DNA of 63,198 bases, filler included, from Octopus bimaculoides (taxonomy: Eukaryota): NCBI RefSeq assembly GCF_001194135.2. It is 8 parts of 8 records of this genome, joined end to end, with 100 filler letters (N's around TTAATTAATTAA, not from the genome) between each part and the next. Parts side by side here need not be neighbours in the genome. Positions count along the whole stretch, not along the records: positions 33,201 to 39,101 come from NC_068981.1; positions 39,202 to 43,276 come from NC_068988.1; positions 43,377 to 49,187 come from NW_026312563.1; positions 49,288 to 50,706 come from NW_026388723.1; 4 more parts are not named here. The stretch is one strand, 5' to 3'. The translations under genes and the position numbers were made by a program. The notes under the pieces were generated by a model that searched no databases, was not told the origin of the DNA, and saw only the letters and a list, made by a program, of their open reading frames with translations. This document shows, one piece after another, positions 36,996-49,619 of this stretch (within the stretch, counting starts at the first letter, position 1; the number at the start of each line of letters is the position of its first letter).

Positions 36996-37937
36996 ATGGA
37001 AAAACACGAAATAATGACATCACTGAAAAATATTCTTATTCCACCAAGCAAAGTATACATCAAGCTTCTTATCGAGAAAACAAAAAATGTTCTGAGGAGA
37101 ATGAAATGGAAGGCCTATCTTTTTCGATAAAGGTACGTGCAGCCTTCACGCAAAGGATAATTATGGTTTCAGATCTTATAAAAACCCACCACACATTAAA
37201 GGCCTAGAAATATTTGAAGAAGATCCAAAAATCCAACAAGTTCCAACACGCGTTACAGATATACATCGAACCTTTCAAAGCATCAATGAACATGTTTATT
37301 AAAGCAGATAAAACAAAAAATATTTACGAAGTAAACAACCAAACACACAACAAATTACTAAACGACAACATAGCCAAAACATACAAGAAAACAAACCCCA
37401 CCACTTATAATTCAATTAATATAGAAGCAACAACTCTAGCCACAAAGTTTAAAATAAAAGACAAAGTAGAAATGTTTATCCCACGAAACCCCTTTATAAC
37501 TCTAAAAGACCACAAAAACAATTTTACACAAAATCCTAACATTAAATGACATATCAGAGCACACACAAACCTCATTCAATGGATATGCAGTAGTGCAACT
37601 ATTGAATGGTTTAAGAAAATAGAAGATAAACCCAAATGCAAATTCATACATTTCGACATCTTAGAGTTCTACCCCTCGATCTCCAAAAGCTTGCTTCAGA
37701 AGGCGCTTGAATTTAGTAAAACATACATCATTGCAACAAATACCGATATAGACATAATTATGAACACAAAGAAATCATTACTCTTTCAAAATAACTCCTA
37801 CTGGGTAAAAACAAAGAATGGAGACGAATTGTTTAACGTAACAATGGGAAGCTATGACGGGGAAGAGACAGCTGACCTCGTAGGCCTTTATATATTAGAT
37901 GTCCTTAAAAAGGAAATAAAAGAAGCTAACATAGGTT
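36996..37937 (+). mobile_element. Penelope-like element 3, 5' half (N-terminus to RT motif before YxDD)
   Basis: MEKHEIMTSLKNILIP..KLLIEKTKNVLRRMKWKAY, KADKTKNIY, FITLKDHKNNF, FDILEFYPSI, FNVTMGSYDGEETADLVGLYIL. It is truncated at NIG. Confidence 0.88.
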
Positions 37938-38754
37938 GGCCTGGGAGTAGTACACATTAAAAGGAAAGGAAGGGGTAAACAATATACATGGATATGGTTA
38001 TAAAGATTCTTTTGGTTTTAGTGACACATTAAAATAGGTTAGGGGGTTTTCACTACTAGCAGACCAGTTTACAATGTAGGAGGGGAAATTTAACATAAGG
38101 CACCTAGGTCAAAAGTATATAAAATATAGTTTCTATATATGTACAGATACAGTATGCGTTTATTTATAGTTTTCATTAATCAGAATAATGTATCAGTATT
38201 GTTTTACATATACTAAGTATGGAAACTTTGAGATACCAATATTAGCTTAACTAATATGTGAATAATAGTAATGTAACTAATCAATGCATTCAGTATGCAA
38301 AAACTATGAAGTAGTGTTAATTTTAAAAGCTTTGGTAAAATACATTTAGACTTATTTATACCAATATAAAGAACCATAGATAAGATGTGAAGTTAAATTT
38401 TTTTTATATATATTGGACTAAAAAATATTTTTAATTATTTTAAAATTAAAATTAAAGCTAATATATCGAATAATATTTAAAGGACACATGAGAGATAAAA
38501 TTTATTTTATAACTACTGCATAGGATTTACATGGTTTAAGAAACTGGTAAAATGAATGATTGGAATTAACATAGAATATAATGGTGAAAATTAAAACTTA
38601 TATATCTAATATCATATTTAATGGACACATAAGCGATAAAATTTATTTTATAACAAATGTAAAGAATAAATATATAGGATTTACATAGTTTATAATAATG
38701 GGCTCATCAAGGTTTAAGAAACTGATAAAATGAATGGTTGGAATAATAATTTTA

Positions 38755-39101
38755 CCATAGTGTGAATTCTTTGGGAAATATCTGCTTATCACCTCTCTAA
38801 ACTGTGCAATCAAGTTAGATTTAACATTCCTACCAAAAGGGATTATGAACCAAACATTATCATCTTTAGTATTATCACAGTCACTAGTATAATTCTTAAA
38901 AGATTTTAAATTACCTATGTTACGTTTATGGATATTCCTGGGTTTATCTTCCTTATTTCCACTAAGTTTATTCTTATACCTATTATTCTTATCTGTCTTA
39001 GCGTTGTTACTATCAGTTTCAATATAGTAAACCTTCTCTTTGTATCCTGCCCTATTTAATGCCGAATTATAGAATTGAGCTTCATTATCAAAAATCTTAT
39101 C
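38755..39101 (-). mobile_element. Penelope-like element fragment 4 (post-RT linker)
   Basis: KIFDNEAQFYNSALN/AGYKEKVYY..N/K-rich..VWFIIPFGRNVKSNLIAQFREVISRYFPKNSHYGKII, homologous to the same region of PLE 1. Confidence 0.75.
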
Positions 39102-39201
39102 NNNNNNNNNNNNNNNNNNNNNNNNNNNNNNNNNNNNNNNNNNNNTTAATTAATTAANNNNNNNNNNNNNNNNNNNNNNNNNNNNNNNNNNNNNNNNNNN
39201 N

Positions 39202-39260
<59 letters not shown>

Positions 39261-40169
39261 GGTATGTATATATACACACGTATAGGCCTGTATACACGCT
39301 AATGTCCAACGTAAGATCTGTCAATATATTGCAGTCAATTTCAATGTCATTATATGGTTCGATGCTGTTTTACTTAATTGAATTCTGTTACTGAATTGAT
39401 ACTATAATTCAATTGTTGTATTTTTGGATTTAGGTCTTATGGCCTTATGGAACACTTCAATGCTAAGGTTGTTGTACATATGCATATATATGCGTGTGTT
39501 CGTGTGCATGTGTGTGTAGATGAGTCCCCGTATATATTTTCGTCTCTATGTCTATATCTGTCATTTCATATGCTTATCATATATATTTACAAAGTGAGAG
39601 AGAGAAAGAGTGGGAGACCGAAAGAGTGGGAGACCGAAAGAGAGGGAGAGAGAAAGGAAGGAGGGAGGACACGGATGAGTATATGAAATTAAAGATATAG
39701 ACATAGAAATAAAGACATCTACTTCGACTAGTGTAGACTTACAAATGCAGACGAATGTACTTAGCCTTAAATGATTCTATCGGCCATAAGACTTGAATCC
39801 CAAAATGCAAGAATTGAATGGATATGTGTGTGTTTGCGTATATTCATATGCACGCGTTAAAATACACATAGTTATACATACGAATAAGCATGCATAGTGT
39901 ATGCATGTGTAATTCGTATATATGTAAAAAGCAATGTCACTACACGTTGCTCGTTGGTGATTTCTTCTTCTTTCGATTTTTCCCTTTCCCCTTTCCGACA
40001 AGGAGCTATGATCGAAACGTTAATCTCTCTCATTTCACAGAGCCTTAAGCTAATACACTTTTCGCGCAGATCCTCACTTTCGCCTTTTCGTATTTCGTAG
40101 GCCCTCACTTCCTTCTTTTCGTTATTCGTCCGTTTATTTGAATTGTTTCTTTATTTGAATTGATTACAT

Positions 40170-40291
<122 letters not shown>

Positions 40292-40588
40292 CGTAACTTT
40301 TCTTTTACTGTGATACAAGAACGTGTCTATGGTTACAACATCTCCATCGTGATGATTTTTTGGTACTGGCTCTTCAGTTGGGAATCGAGTACCAATAATC
40401 GTTCGTTGATCATTTAAACAAAGAGGCATATGTCTAACAAATATGTTTGTTAGTTATATGAAGGTGTTTTTTTTCCACATAGGATAAAGACACGATACGA
40501 GGTAATTGCACAGTATATCAACGAGAATACATAGCGGTTTTTGTACCAGGGTATATTTAGATCTGATGTTTTTATTTTTTGCTCATAG

Positions 40589-40767
40589 CTGATAAGCTCG
40601 TTTTCAAGTTTTACATTTAATGAACATAGCTTTTATCTGCGATTGAATGTTCTTTGCGAGAGACCACTGGAAACACATTATCAATGTAGGAACATAATGA
40701 ACACTTCAGGAACCTTAACTGCTCGAGTTTGCTGTACGATCGGATGGAGCGCCACAGAAAGGAACAC
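40589..40767 (+). other. Candidate exon, product unknown
   Basis: Acceptor tttttgctcatAG, donor aacac|GTAAGT. It is open only in phase 0 (LISSFSSFTFNEHSFYLRLNVLCERPLETHYQCRNIMNTSGTLTARVCCTIGWSATERN). No family recognised. Confidence 0.25.
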
Positions 40768-41014
40768 GTAAGTCCGATCCGGATTTGAGAGAGAGATTTC
40801 ACAGATTAGAAAGCGACGACATCATAAGGTATCTTCCTTGACAGTGCTGAAAAAGTTGTTCTTGTCGAAGGGAAATAAAAACAAACTCTGATAGCATTTG
40901 TTATGTATAACTATTAAACAGGGCCGATGCACTCGGTTGTTCTGTAGAAAACTTCAGTTGATAATGATTATGAACAGTCTAATGCGATTTCATATAGATT
41001 CTTGACAGGAATGT

Positions 41015-41208
41015 CATTTCCAAATTTTGGCACAAGGCCAGTAATATCGTGGGATTTCATCGACCTTCCAGTGCTCAACTGGTACTAATTTTATCGACCC
41101 TGAAAAGATGATCGATTCCGGTGTCATTTGATCTCAGAACGTAAAGACGGACGAAATAACGTTTCAAATTTTGCCCGGCGTGCTAAGGATTTTGCCAGTT
41201 CACCGCCT
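41015..41208 (-). mobile_element. SINE family A
   Basis: Reverse-complement family A motifs. Confidence 0.8.
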
Positions 41209-41595
41209 TATGCTTTACACTAATATTAACGTTAAACAATTTGTATTTTAATTTCATTAAACAGGTATGACCATCTAGAAATGGGAATCTACACCTCCCT
41301 CAAATTAAATCTTTCTATGTCAAGTGCAGAGGGACATTGTAACTACTAATACATAAAATGATGGGATGGTAACCACTGAAGCAGTTTATTTCATAAATAC
41401 GTACTTCATTCGCTATTTTGTTGTTTTACCAACACGAAGAAGTTTAACGATAATTTTTTTTGTTATATGTATTATAATTTCCATGAAAGTTTAAACTTGA
41501 GTCACACAGTTCTATATTTAAGAGATGAGAAATTATTTACATTATTTACATTATTTACATTTGACGGATACTCGTCCTCATCTTGTTTGTTGTTA

Positions 41596-41639
41596 ACACA
41601 AAGTTTCGGCTGATATACCCTCCAGCCTTCGTCAGGTGT
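41596..41639 (-). ncRNA. Minimal hammerhead ribozyme, inverted copy (GAAAC-TTT variant)
   Basis: Reverse complement reads ACAC CTGACGA A GGCTG-GAGGGTATAT-CAGCC GAAAC TTT GTGT. Confidence 0.75.
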
Positions 41640-41851
41640 CTTGGGGAAATTTCGAACCTGGGTTCTCATTCCTATCGATGCCCACGGGCATATGGCGTAG
41701 TGGTTAAGAGCGCGGGCTACTAACCCCAAGGTTCCGAGTTCGATTCACGGCAGCGACCTGATTAATAATAGTAATAATAATAACAATAATAATAATAATA
41801 ATAATAGTAACATCGATAGGAATGAAAACCCAGGTTCGAAATTTCCCCAAG

Positions 41852-41895
41852 ACACCTGACGAAGGCTGGAGGGTATATCAGCCGAAACGTTGTGT
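41852..41895 (+). ncRNA. Minimal type I hammerhead ribozyme
   Basis: ACAC CTGACGA A GGCTG-GAGGGTATAT-CAGCC GAAAC GTT GTGT. Confidence 0.85.
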
Positions 41896-42060
41896 TAACA
41901 ACAAACAAGATGAGGACGAATATCCGTCAAATGTAAATAATGTAAATAATTGAGTCACACAGTTTTGTATGATATTAAACGGATACAATGGCTCTTGTAC
42001 TATATATATTCTATGATTAATTGGAAGCATTAAAATTATCTTCGTTAGAGAAATTTAAAC

Positions 42061-42223
42061 AGGCGTTGCTGTGTGGTCAGAAGAGTGCTTCCCAACCACA
42101 TGGTTCCGTGTTCAGTTCCACTGCGTGCCACCTTGAGTAAGTGGCTTTTACTATAGCCTTGGGTCGACCAAAGCCTTGTGAATAGGCTTGGTAGACGTAA
42201 ACTTAAAGAAAAACGTTGTATTG

Positions 42224-42263
<40 letters not shown>

Positions 42264-42452
42264 GTATCTGTGTTTGTCCCTCTATCATCGCTTGAAAACC
42301 GATGTTGGTGTAGTTACCTCATCGTAACTTAACGGTTCGGCAAAACAGGCCGATAGAATAAGTACTAGGCTTACAAAGAACAAGTTATTGGTTGATTTCT
42401 TCGACTAAAAGGTGGTGTTACAGCATGGCCGCAGTCACATGACTGGAACAAA
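42061..42452 (+). mobile_element. tRNA-derived SINE family B with internal (TG)n
   Basis: Head gctgtgtggt..cccaaccacatggttcc.gttcagt.ccact, internal microsatellite, tail cagcatggccgcagtc..gactg.aaca. Related copies lie at about 45600-45930 (+), 51290-51670 (-), 57960-58100 (-) and 58950-59110 (+). Confidence 0.85.
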
Positions 42453-43376
42453 TACAGGATGCGTATGCATAGTGTCCTCACTTCGTAATAAAAAATATAT
42501 CCAGGGCGTTGTCTTTATACGTTTCTACCATTGTGAACAACCATTGCACGACAAGTACCTTTCATATTTCTTATTCCGAAAAGCTCATATGCCTTATCCG
42601 TATATATATTTAACTGATGTTTGAACGTAGCTGTAATGGCAGGTTTACATTGCATATCGTGTAGTTACAGGCGGTGTGTTTTAATGATTCATAACTCCTA
42701 AATAGTATGTGATGGGAAAGCTAATGTGAATTTTAAAAAGTTAAAAGCCCGACAGTAGATCTACATATACATACATATATTTCGATGTGTGTCTGAGTGT
42801 GTCTGTGTATTTATGTATATATATTTATATCTTTGTGTATAAATATGCATAAGTGCATTCATACACAACACATGCACATATATTTACACACACACACATG
42901 CACACACATATATATCGTAAATATATATATTTATAAATGCGCGTACACATACATATACATCCACGCATGTATACGCATAAATATGTAATATTTTTCAATA
43001 CTTTTCAAATACATACATATATGCATATACAGACATGCACACACACGCACCCCCCCCCCAAACACACACAAATGTACAAGCTCACACATAGGGACACATA
43101 GATTTCAAGATTTTTTCATCTATCGTAAATAATTTTACTTTATTTTTATTTAGAGAAATAAAAAGACATATTTCTCACTAAAATATCTTAAGCTGTTTCC
43201 TTAGTAACATATCCAGGTTGGATTTTTCCTTGGAGTATATGGCATAAGTTTAAGACTTAAATCGAGCACTATCTGTNNNNNNNNNNNNNNNNNNNNNNNN
43301 NNNNNNNNNNNNNNNNNNNNTTAATTAATTAANNNNNNNNNNNNNNNNNNNNNNNNNNNNNNNNNNNNNNNNNNNN

Positions 43377-43489
43377 TTAGGATAGCTGGTCCCTCTGTTG
43401 GGTCGACATGCGGCAGACTCTCTTCCACCCATTCAGTCTCTTTATTAAGCACCCTTTCATAGTGGCGTCTCCAGACCTCTCTCTTTGCA
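43377..43489 (-). mobile_element. RTE RT fragment
   Basis: AKREVWRRHYERVLNKETEWVEESLPHVDPTEGPAI, homologous to 7680-7790. Confidence 0.8.
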
Positions 43490-43869
43490 NNNNNNNNNNN
43501 NNNNNNNNNNNNNNNNNCCAAGCGAACACACATATTATCATCATCATCATATAATATCTGCCTTACATGCTAGCATGGGTTACACAAATTTTGGGTAAAA
43601 CCTCCACTTTTACCCGCTCCCATTGATNNNNNNNNNNNNNNNNNNNNNNNNNNNNNNNNNNNNNNNNNNNNNNNNNNNNNNNNNNNNNNNNNNNNNNNNN
43701 NNNNNNNNNNNNNNNNNNNNNNNNNNNNNNNNNNNNNNNNNNNNNNNNNNNNNNNNNNNNNNNNNNNNNNNNNNNNNNNNNNNNNNNNNNNNNNNNTACA
43801 TATCTCACAGATTAACAATTAATTATGTTGCTCTTTCTCTCATGAATCTGGCTTCTGCATATTTTTAAT

Positions 43870-45200
43870 GTATATCGTGGAAAGTATAGAAGAAAGCATG
43901 TAAACTTGTCGAATCCCTTTGCTGTCAGCATATTTCTCTGACCCTGCAAATTCACTTCTTACTGCAGTTTTTTATTCTACATATAGTTTTTCTGAGTAGT
44001 AGAATGTCTAAATGCTCTGGGACATCTATTTCTTTGAGTCACAGCATTGAAAGAACTTTGGAATAATTTTCTTGTAAACAAGGAAGTACATGTTGACTTC
44101 CTTATAGTTCTTCCTAAATGTTTTCATTATGCATCCTTTGGTATACTTAGTTTGGTTTCTTATTCCCCTTCATTTCCTGACACCAGCTTCCTCTGGAGTT
44201 AATTCTCTCTTCAAAATTGATTGAGGCTGATTTTGAATAATTTTCAGAACAATTGTGCTAGCAAGGAAAGTGAGACCTATTTTCAGGTAATCATTGCATT
44301 CTTGTATATCACCTTTCGTTGGAATGAGGATATATAACTTCTTCCAGTTTTTAGGCTATTGTTGCCTTCCAAATATTTTGCAAAAGTTTTGTAAATAATT
44401 TACTGGTAACTTCATCAGTTACTTTCAATACTTCAATGGTAATATCATTTGAACCTAGAACTTTTTCTTTTGTTACTTCAGATATTGCTGAATCTAACCG
44501 CTTCCATTATGTTTGGTTCTTGCTCACACTCCACTGGTGTAAATTCATGGAATTTTAAATATCTGTTGTACAATTCTTTGATATATTCTTTCCATTGTGT
44601 TTTAATAGTACGTTTTCACTTATATCTTATCCATTTTTATCCTTTAGAAATTCAGATTATAAACACACAGACATATATATATAACTACATAAACCTTATT
44701 GTTACTTCCAATCCAAGTCCATTGTGGTGTACTTTTGTTGAAGGATGGCAGCCAGCTATTTGCAACAAATATGGACATATTAGACTTGTGCTTCAAATAT
44801 TGAAGCTTGACATTTGTACCAAATAAAATTATTTGAGTCTCCACATAAAACTATTTGATGTTGTTTTTGCATCACAACAATTTATTCAGCTAAAACTTGG
44901 AAAAAATTCTTTTCACAAGTTCAATCAGAAAATACTCCTAGCCCTATCTTTTTCCAGTGGAAAAGGACAACAATGGAAAAATTTCCTCAGACATATTACA
45001 GGCTGCACCAACTGTAGTACTTACTCTTGGTTGCATCTTCATAAAATACTAGAATACAATATTCTGAAGATTCTAACTGCAGTCACAAAACCAGCAACCA
45101 GGTGAAGACAATTCTATGCAGTCTTACCAGAGATTGGCTGGAACTACTGATGTATATCAGCAGTTTTAGCCTTAGCAATAAATCTTTTCTGGCATCTTCT
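43870..45200 (-). mobile_element. Old BovB-like RTE LINE remnant (APE to RT)
   Basis: Degenerate SAISEVTKEKVLGSNDITIEVLK..LLQNIWK..LIPTKGDIQECNDY..VLKIIQ..EEAGVRK.RGIRNQ. It is a different RTE lineage from the copies above. Confidence 0.65.
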
Positions 45201-47359
45201 CAGTTCACTTTTCCCATCTTGACATGGGTTGGATGAGTTTTCTCATCTAGAGCTGGATGGTTTTCTTGTCACCAACCCTTATTTGGTTTGCTGTACTCTG
45301 AGCACNNNNNNNNNNNNNNNNNNNNNNNNNNNNNNNNNNNNNNNNNNNNNNNNNNNNNNNNNNNNNNNNNNNNNNNNNNNNNNNNNNNNNNNNNNNNNNN
45401 NNNNNNCAAAAGTACTAGGGACCATTCTTCTCTTGGATTCAGCAATGTTGCAATCATAGGAAAGATTGTGGGAGATCCCTCGCAGTGTCTTTTTCTAAAG
45501 ACAGCAACCACTTCTTATAGAAAATGTTATATATACCTGAAAGCCATTCAAGGATTGTTTGATGTGCACTACAGCATAGCCAAACACATAGATAGATACA
45601 GGCATGACTGTGTATTAAGAAGTTTGCTTCTGAACCACATGGTTCCAGGTTCATTCCCACTCCCAGAGAAACCAATTTCTTGTGAGTGGATTTGGTAGAC
45701 AGAAACTGAAAGAANNNNNNNNNNTGTTGTATGTGTGTGTTTTCTCACCACCACCACCATCACTTGACAACTGAAATTGGTTTGTTTACATCACTATAGC
45801 TTAGCAGTTCAGCAAAAGATATCGATAGGCTTAGAGAAAAAAAAGATAAGTACTGGGGTTGATTTGTTTGACTAAAGTTCTTCAAGGTGGTGCACCAGCA
45901 TGGCCATAGTCTAATCACTGAAACAAGCGTATGTGTGTGTGTGTAGTACAAAATCTTAAATCACAATGACATATTTTCATTAAAGCTGTTGCTGTTTATT
46001 CACAAGTCCACTCAGTAAACCTGTGATCAAAGGCATTCCAGGTGTAACTCTTCTGCTTCTTAAAAGTGGCTGGAAGACAAATGTTAAAGAATGATGATGT
46101 CCTTCCTTTTTTTTAAGATAGCATGGGCAATTTTGTTGCTGTTTGTAGCAAGTCAAGTAAATGCAGAGAAGCTTCCTCATTGGTTTGATTAAGACTTTTA
46201 GTCAGTTCATATATGCTATTTAGATACAAATACAATATATGATTAAAATGTAAACTATGCTGAGTAAAATATATGTTGAACACTTCTAAAATGTTTATTA
46301 CTTCTAAGTGTAATTTATATTTAAAAAATGCAGGTATAAAGTTTAAAAGTATATCTATAAGACTTGTAAAATGAGCATTTCATTTTCTTCCTCAAATCAT
46401 AATCCCTCTCATACCCACTCTTAAAAGTGAGGACACAACAAAGAGATAGACGGGGAAACAAGTCAAACTTCAATTCACCTGCTGATTTCTTTTACATAGA
46501 CGAAATAACAAGGACAATTATCTGCTCTTATCAACAAGCCCAACTTAACAATAACAAATAATAGCTTTGTGCATGTCATATAACTAACTGAATAACCTAA
46601 AAGACACATCAGAGGAACAAAACCATAGTATATTATAACTAGATTTTAATCTCTGACAATGATTTTGGTTTAGACACTTAAGAAAAAGAATTTTACAGAA
46701 AATCCTACCTTGTNNNNNNNNNNCATTCAACTCTCAACTGACATAAAATAACCAAACAGAATATATTCATTTTTAAGAAGAGGCAGGATGGTTAATAATA
46801 GTACATAAGAGTTAAAATTAAAAATTAGTCACAGAAATGATAAAGCTAGCTACTACAGAACACAATCATCAATATNNNNNNNNNNAGTCACAGAAATGAT
46901 AAAGCTAGCTACTACAGAACACAATCATCAATATTAGATTAACTATAAGCATAAAAAAAGGATTATCATTAAAGCACAGAAATTGTAATGTAAGAAAAGA
47001 AATTAAGAGAAAGAAACCACGTGCAAGCTGAGTAAACAAAAGTTTAACACTTATATATATATTTTAGGAGTGTAGAATGACAAATAATTTTTATAAATAG
47101 CTAAAAAAAACCTTATACTTGTTCCTAATTATACATATTTTGTAGGTATTTACAATGCACAAACAGGCTTTTCTATTTTAGAAGAGATTAAATGCTATTA
47201 CAATATATTGGAGAAATTTTTAAAATTATTTCCTTTGTACAGAGCTATAAGGTCTCACTGAACCTTCCTAACCATAAGGTGAAATTTCTATCGTTTTCAA
47301 CACATATCTGGCTCCATACATATTAACCAATAAGCAACTATGTAATTTTTTTTTCATTT

Positions 47360-48690
47360 TAAATTTCCACTGGGGAGATGCGGCAATGCCAAGTCTTGTG
47401 ACCCCCAAACTCTCAGACNNNNNNNNNNNNNNNNNNNNNNNNNNNNNNNNNNNNNNNNNNNNNNNNNNAAAAAGAGAAGTGGAAACTGTTAAGGCTGCAG
47501 AGTTGAGTTTAAGATAGAGTGTTGGTGGGTGTATCTCATGGAAAGGATGATCAGGGTTGCAGCACAATACCTCACTTTGACAAGAGGCAAGGAATGGACA
47601 GAAGCCTACTGATCTAGAGCAAGATGTGAGGATTAATTAAGGATGAGCATGGTTAAGATAGGAGTTAGTGGAGCAATGCAAGTCTCGTGGCCTGAGCGTT
47701 GGGAAGCAGAACCACCAGGTGGGATTTCTGATTCAGACAATTTACAATGTCCTACCAAGTGCATTCAACCAGCTCTGCTGGGAANNNNNNNNNNNNNNNN
47801 NNNNNNNNNNNNNNNNNNNNNNNNNNNNNNNNNNNNNNNNNNNNNNNNTGGAACATATCCTTAGCAGCTGTCCAAAAGAGGGGTATTATCACTGAAGATA
47901 CAAACAGGTTCTGAAGATGATAGAAGACACCATCTGCAGTAGGATTAGCCTCAGCTAGCACCTCCACCCAACAATGAAGACTATTGCCTTTGTCATGTTT
48001 GGCATGGCGGCATCAAGCTGATAGGCCCACCTCCCAAGGCCGACCTGCAGCAGCACAAATTGGGTGCTGGAAGTCAACTCGAGGAATCAGCTGAACTTCC
48101 CAGAAACCATAGCTACATCACTAAAGCTGGGCATGATGCCCATCTTAGAAGCATAAAAAAACTGATGATTCTCTGCATTTCTTGGGAGGACCATATTGAG
48201 GAGGCTAATGAGAAGAGAAGAATGAAGTATGCTGACTTGGTGGATTTATGCTGAAACAATGGGTGGCAAGCAAAGTGTGAATTGAAGTGAGATGTTGGGG
48301 ATGCAGGCTAGTCTTCCTAGAGCTTAGAGGCCAGAGGCTATATACAACATACTGGGTATCACAGGGGACAGTCAGTCTGTCCATCAAGTTGGCTATGGAG
48401 GCAGCAGAGGTGGTCTCAAACTGGCTGTAGATCAGAAAGAGTAGTGCTACCTGGTGAAGTACTAACAAGACACNNNNNNNNNNCTGTAGATCAGAAAGAG
48501 TAGTGCTACCTGGTGAAGTACTAACAAGACACAGGCAGAGGCTTGATCGATTCTGGCCAAGTCACATGAGTAAGGATGATTGATGGCTGAAAAACTCAAN
48601 NNNNNNNNNCATGAGTAAGGATGATTGATGGCTGAAAAACTCAAAACACCCAATGACCCCAGGAATTATCACCAAGTGCATTACAGAATG
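47360..48690 (+). mobile_element. HERO-like restriction-like-endonuclease (RLE) non-LTR retrotransposon, 3' portion
   Basis: FLIQTIYNVLP, EHILSSCPK (CCHC knuckle), LKMIEDTIC, ISWEDHIEEANEKRRMKYADLVDLC and LGITG..AAEVVSNWL follow the RLE C-terminal pattern. The clade call is from recalled motifs. Confidence 0.7.
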
Positions 48691-49287
48691 ATGTATGGGA
48701 AAAGTCTAGTGAGAAGTACAGTGCTAATATTTTTTCTAGTCCTTCTATAAGATTGGTAGTGGTAGAAAAAAAAAAACAAAAAAACTTTATATGAAAGTAA
48801 ACAAAGTTTGTTTTAGAAGCGTTGAGATATATTGAATATACCAAATAATATACACAGTATAAATTTAACATTTGTTTTCTAACTTTGTAACAGCTATGAC
48901 ATTGGGTATCCCTGAAAAAAAAACCCCTCTTCTTTTCATTCTCACAACCTATTTCTCAAGCTTTTATTGAGGATTGTTCCACTCCCATTTCAATAGATTC
49001 ATTAATTCCTTCACTGCTGAGCTTTAACCAAAACTATTTACACAAACACTGCCTTAAAACATCAAGTTGTGACATTCTAACACTCAGTTCTTTTTAACAA
49101 CTTTAACTGTTTCTGGTGCCATGTAAAAAGCACTCAGACCACTCTGCGGAGTAGTTGGTGTTAGGAAGGGCATCCAACCATAAGATCNNNNNNNNNNNNN
49201 NNNNNNNNNNNNNNNNNNNNNNNNNNNNNNNTTAATTAATTAANNNNNNNNNNNNNNNNNNNNNNNNNNNNNNNNNNNNNNNNNNNN

Positions 49288-49326
<39 letters not shown>

Positions 49327-49619
49327 TATTATTTATTATATATATAATATATATACATATATATGTATGTATCCATACGAATATTCATTTAGGCGTTTCT
49401 ACCCAAAGGTTGTCGCCATGCATGTGTGTGTGTGTGCCAGATGTGTATATATATATATATATGCTTATATACATACACACACACCTATAGATTTGCGTAG
49501 ACACGTGTGTATCTATACTTGTGTACGTGTGTGTGTTTATATGACGGTATGTGTGCACATGCGCATATATACATATGTATATTCGTCAATGTGTATATCT
49601 ATATGCGCGTTCTAAAAGA

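Larger units (their letters stand above)
41512..41949 (+). mobile_element. Non-autonomous element: inverted HHR arm + tRNA-like Pol III head + (AAT)n + HHR arm, with 15-bp TSD
   Basis: TSD ttgagtcacacagtt at 41497-41511 and 41950-41964. Inverted arms are about 41532-41680 and 41811-41950. A-box TGGCGTAGTGG and B-box GTTCGATTC lie within 41681-41760. Confidence 0.85.

Noticed and set aside
41684-41758. Possible tRNA gene (anticodon ACT)
   Set aside because: The acceptor stem does not pair, there is no Ser variable arm, and it sits inside a TSD-bounded repeat, so it is a SINE-type head.
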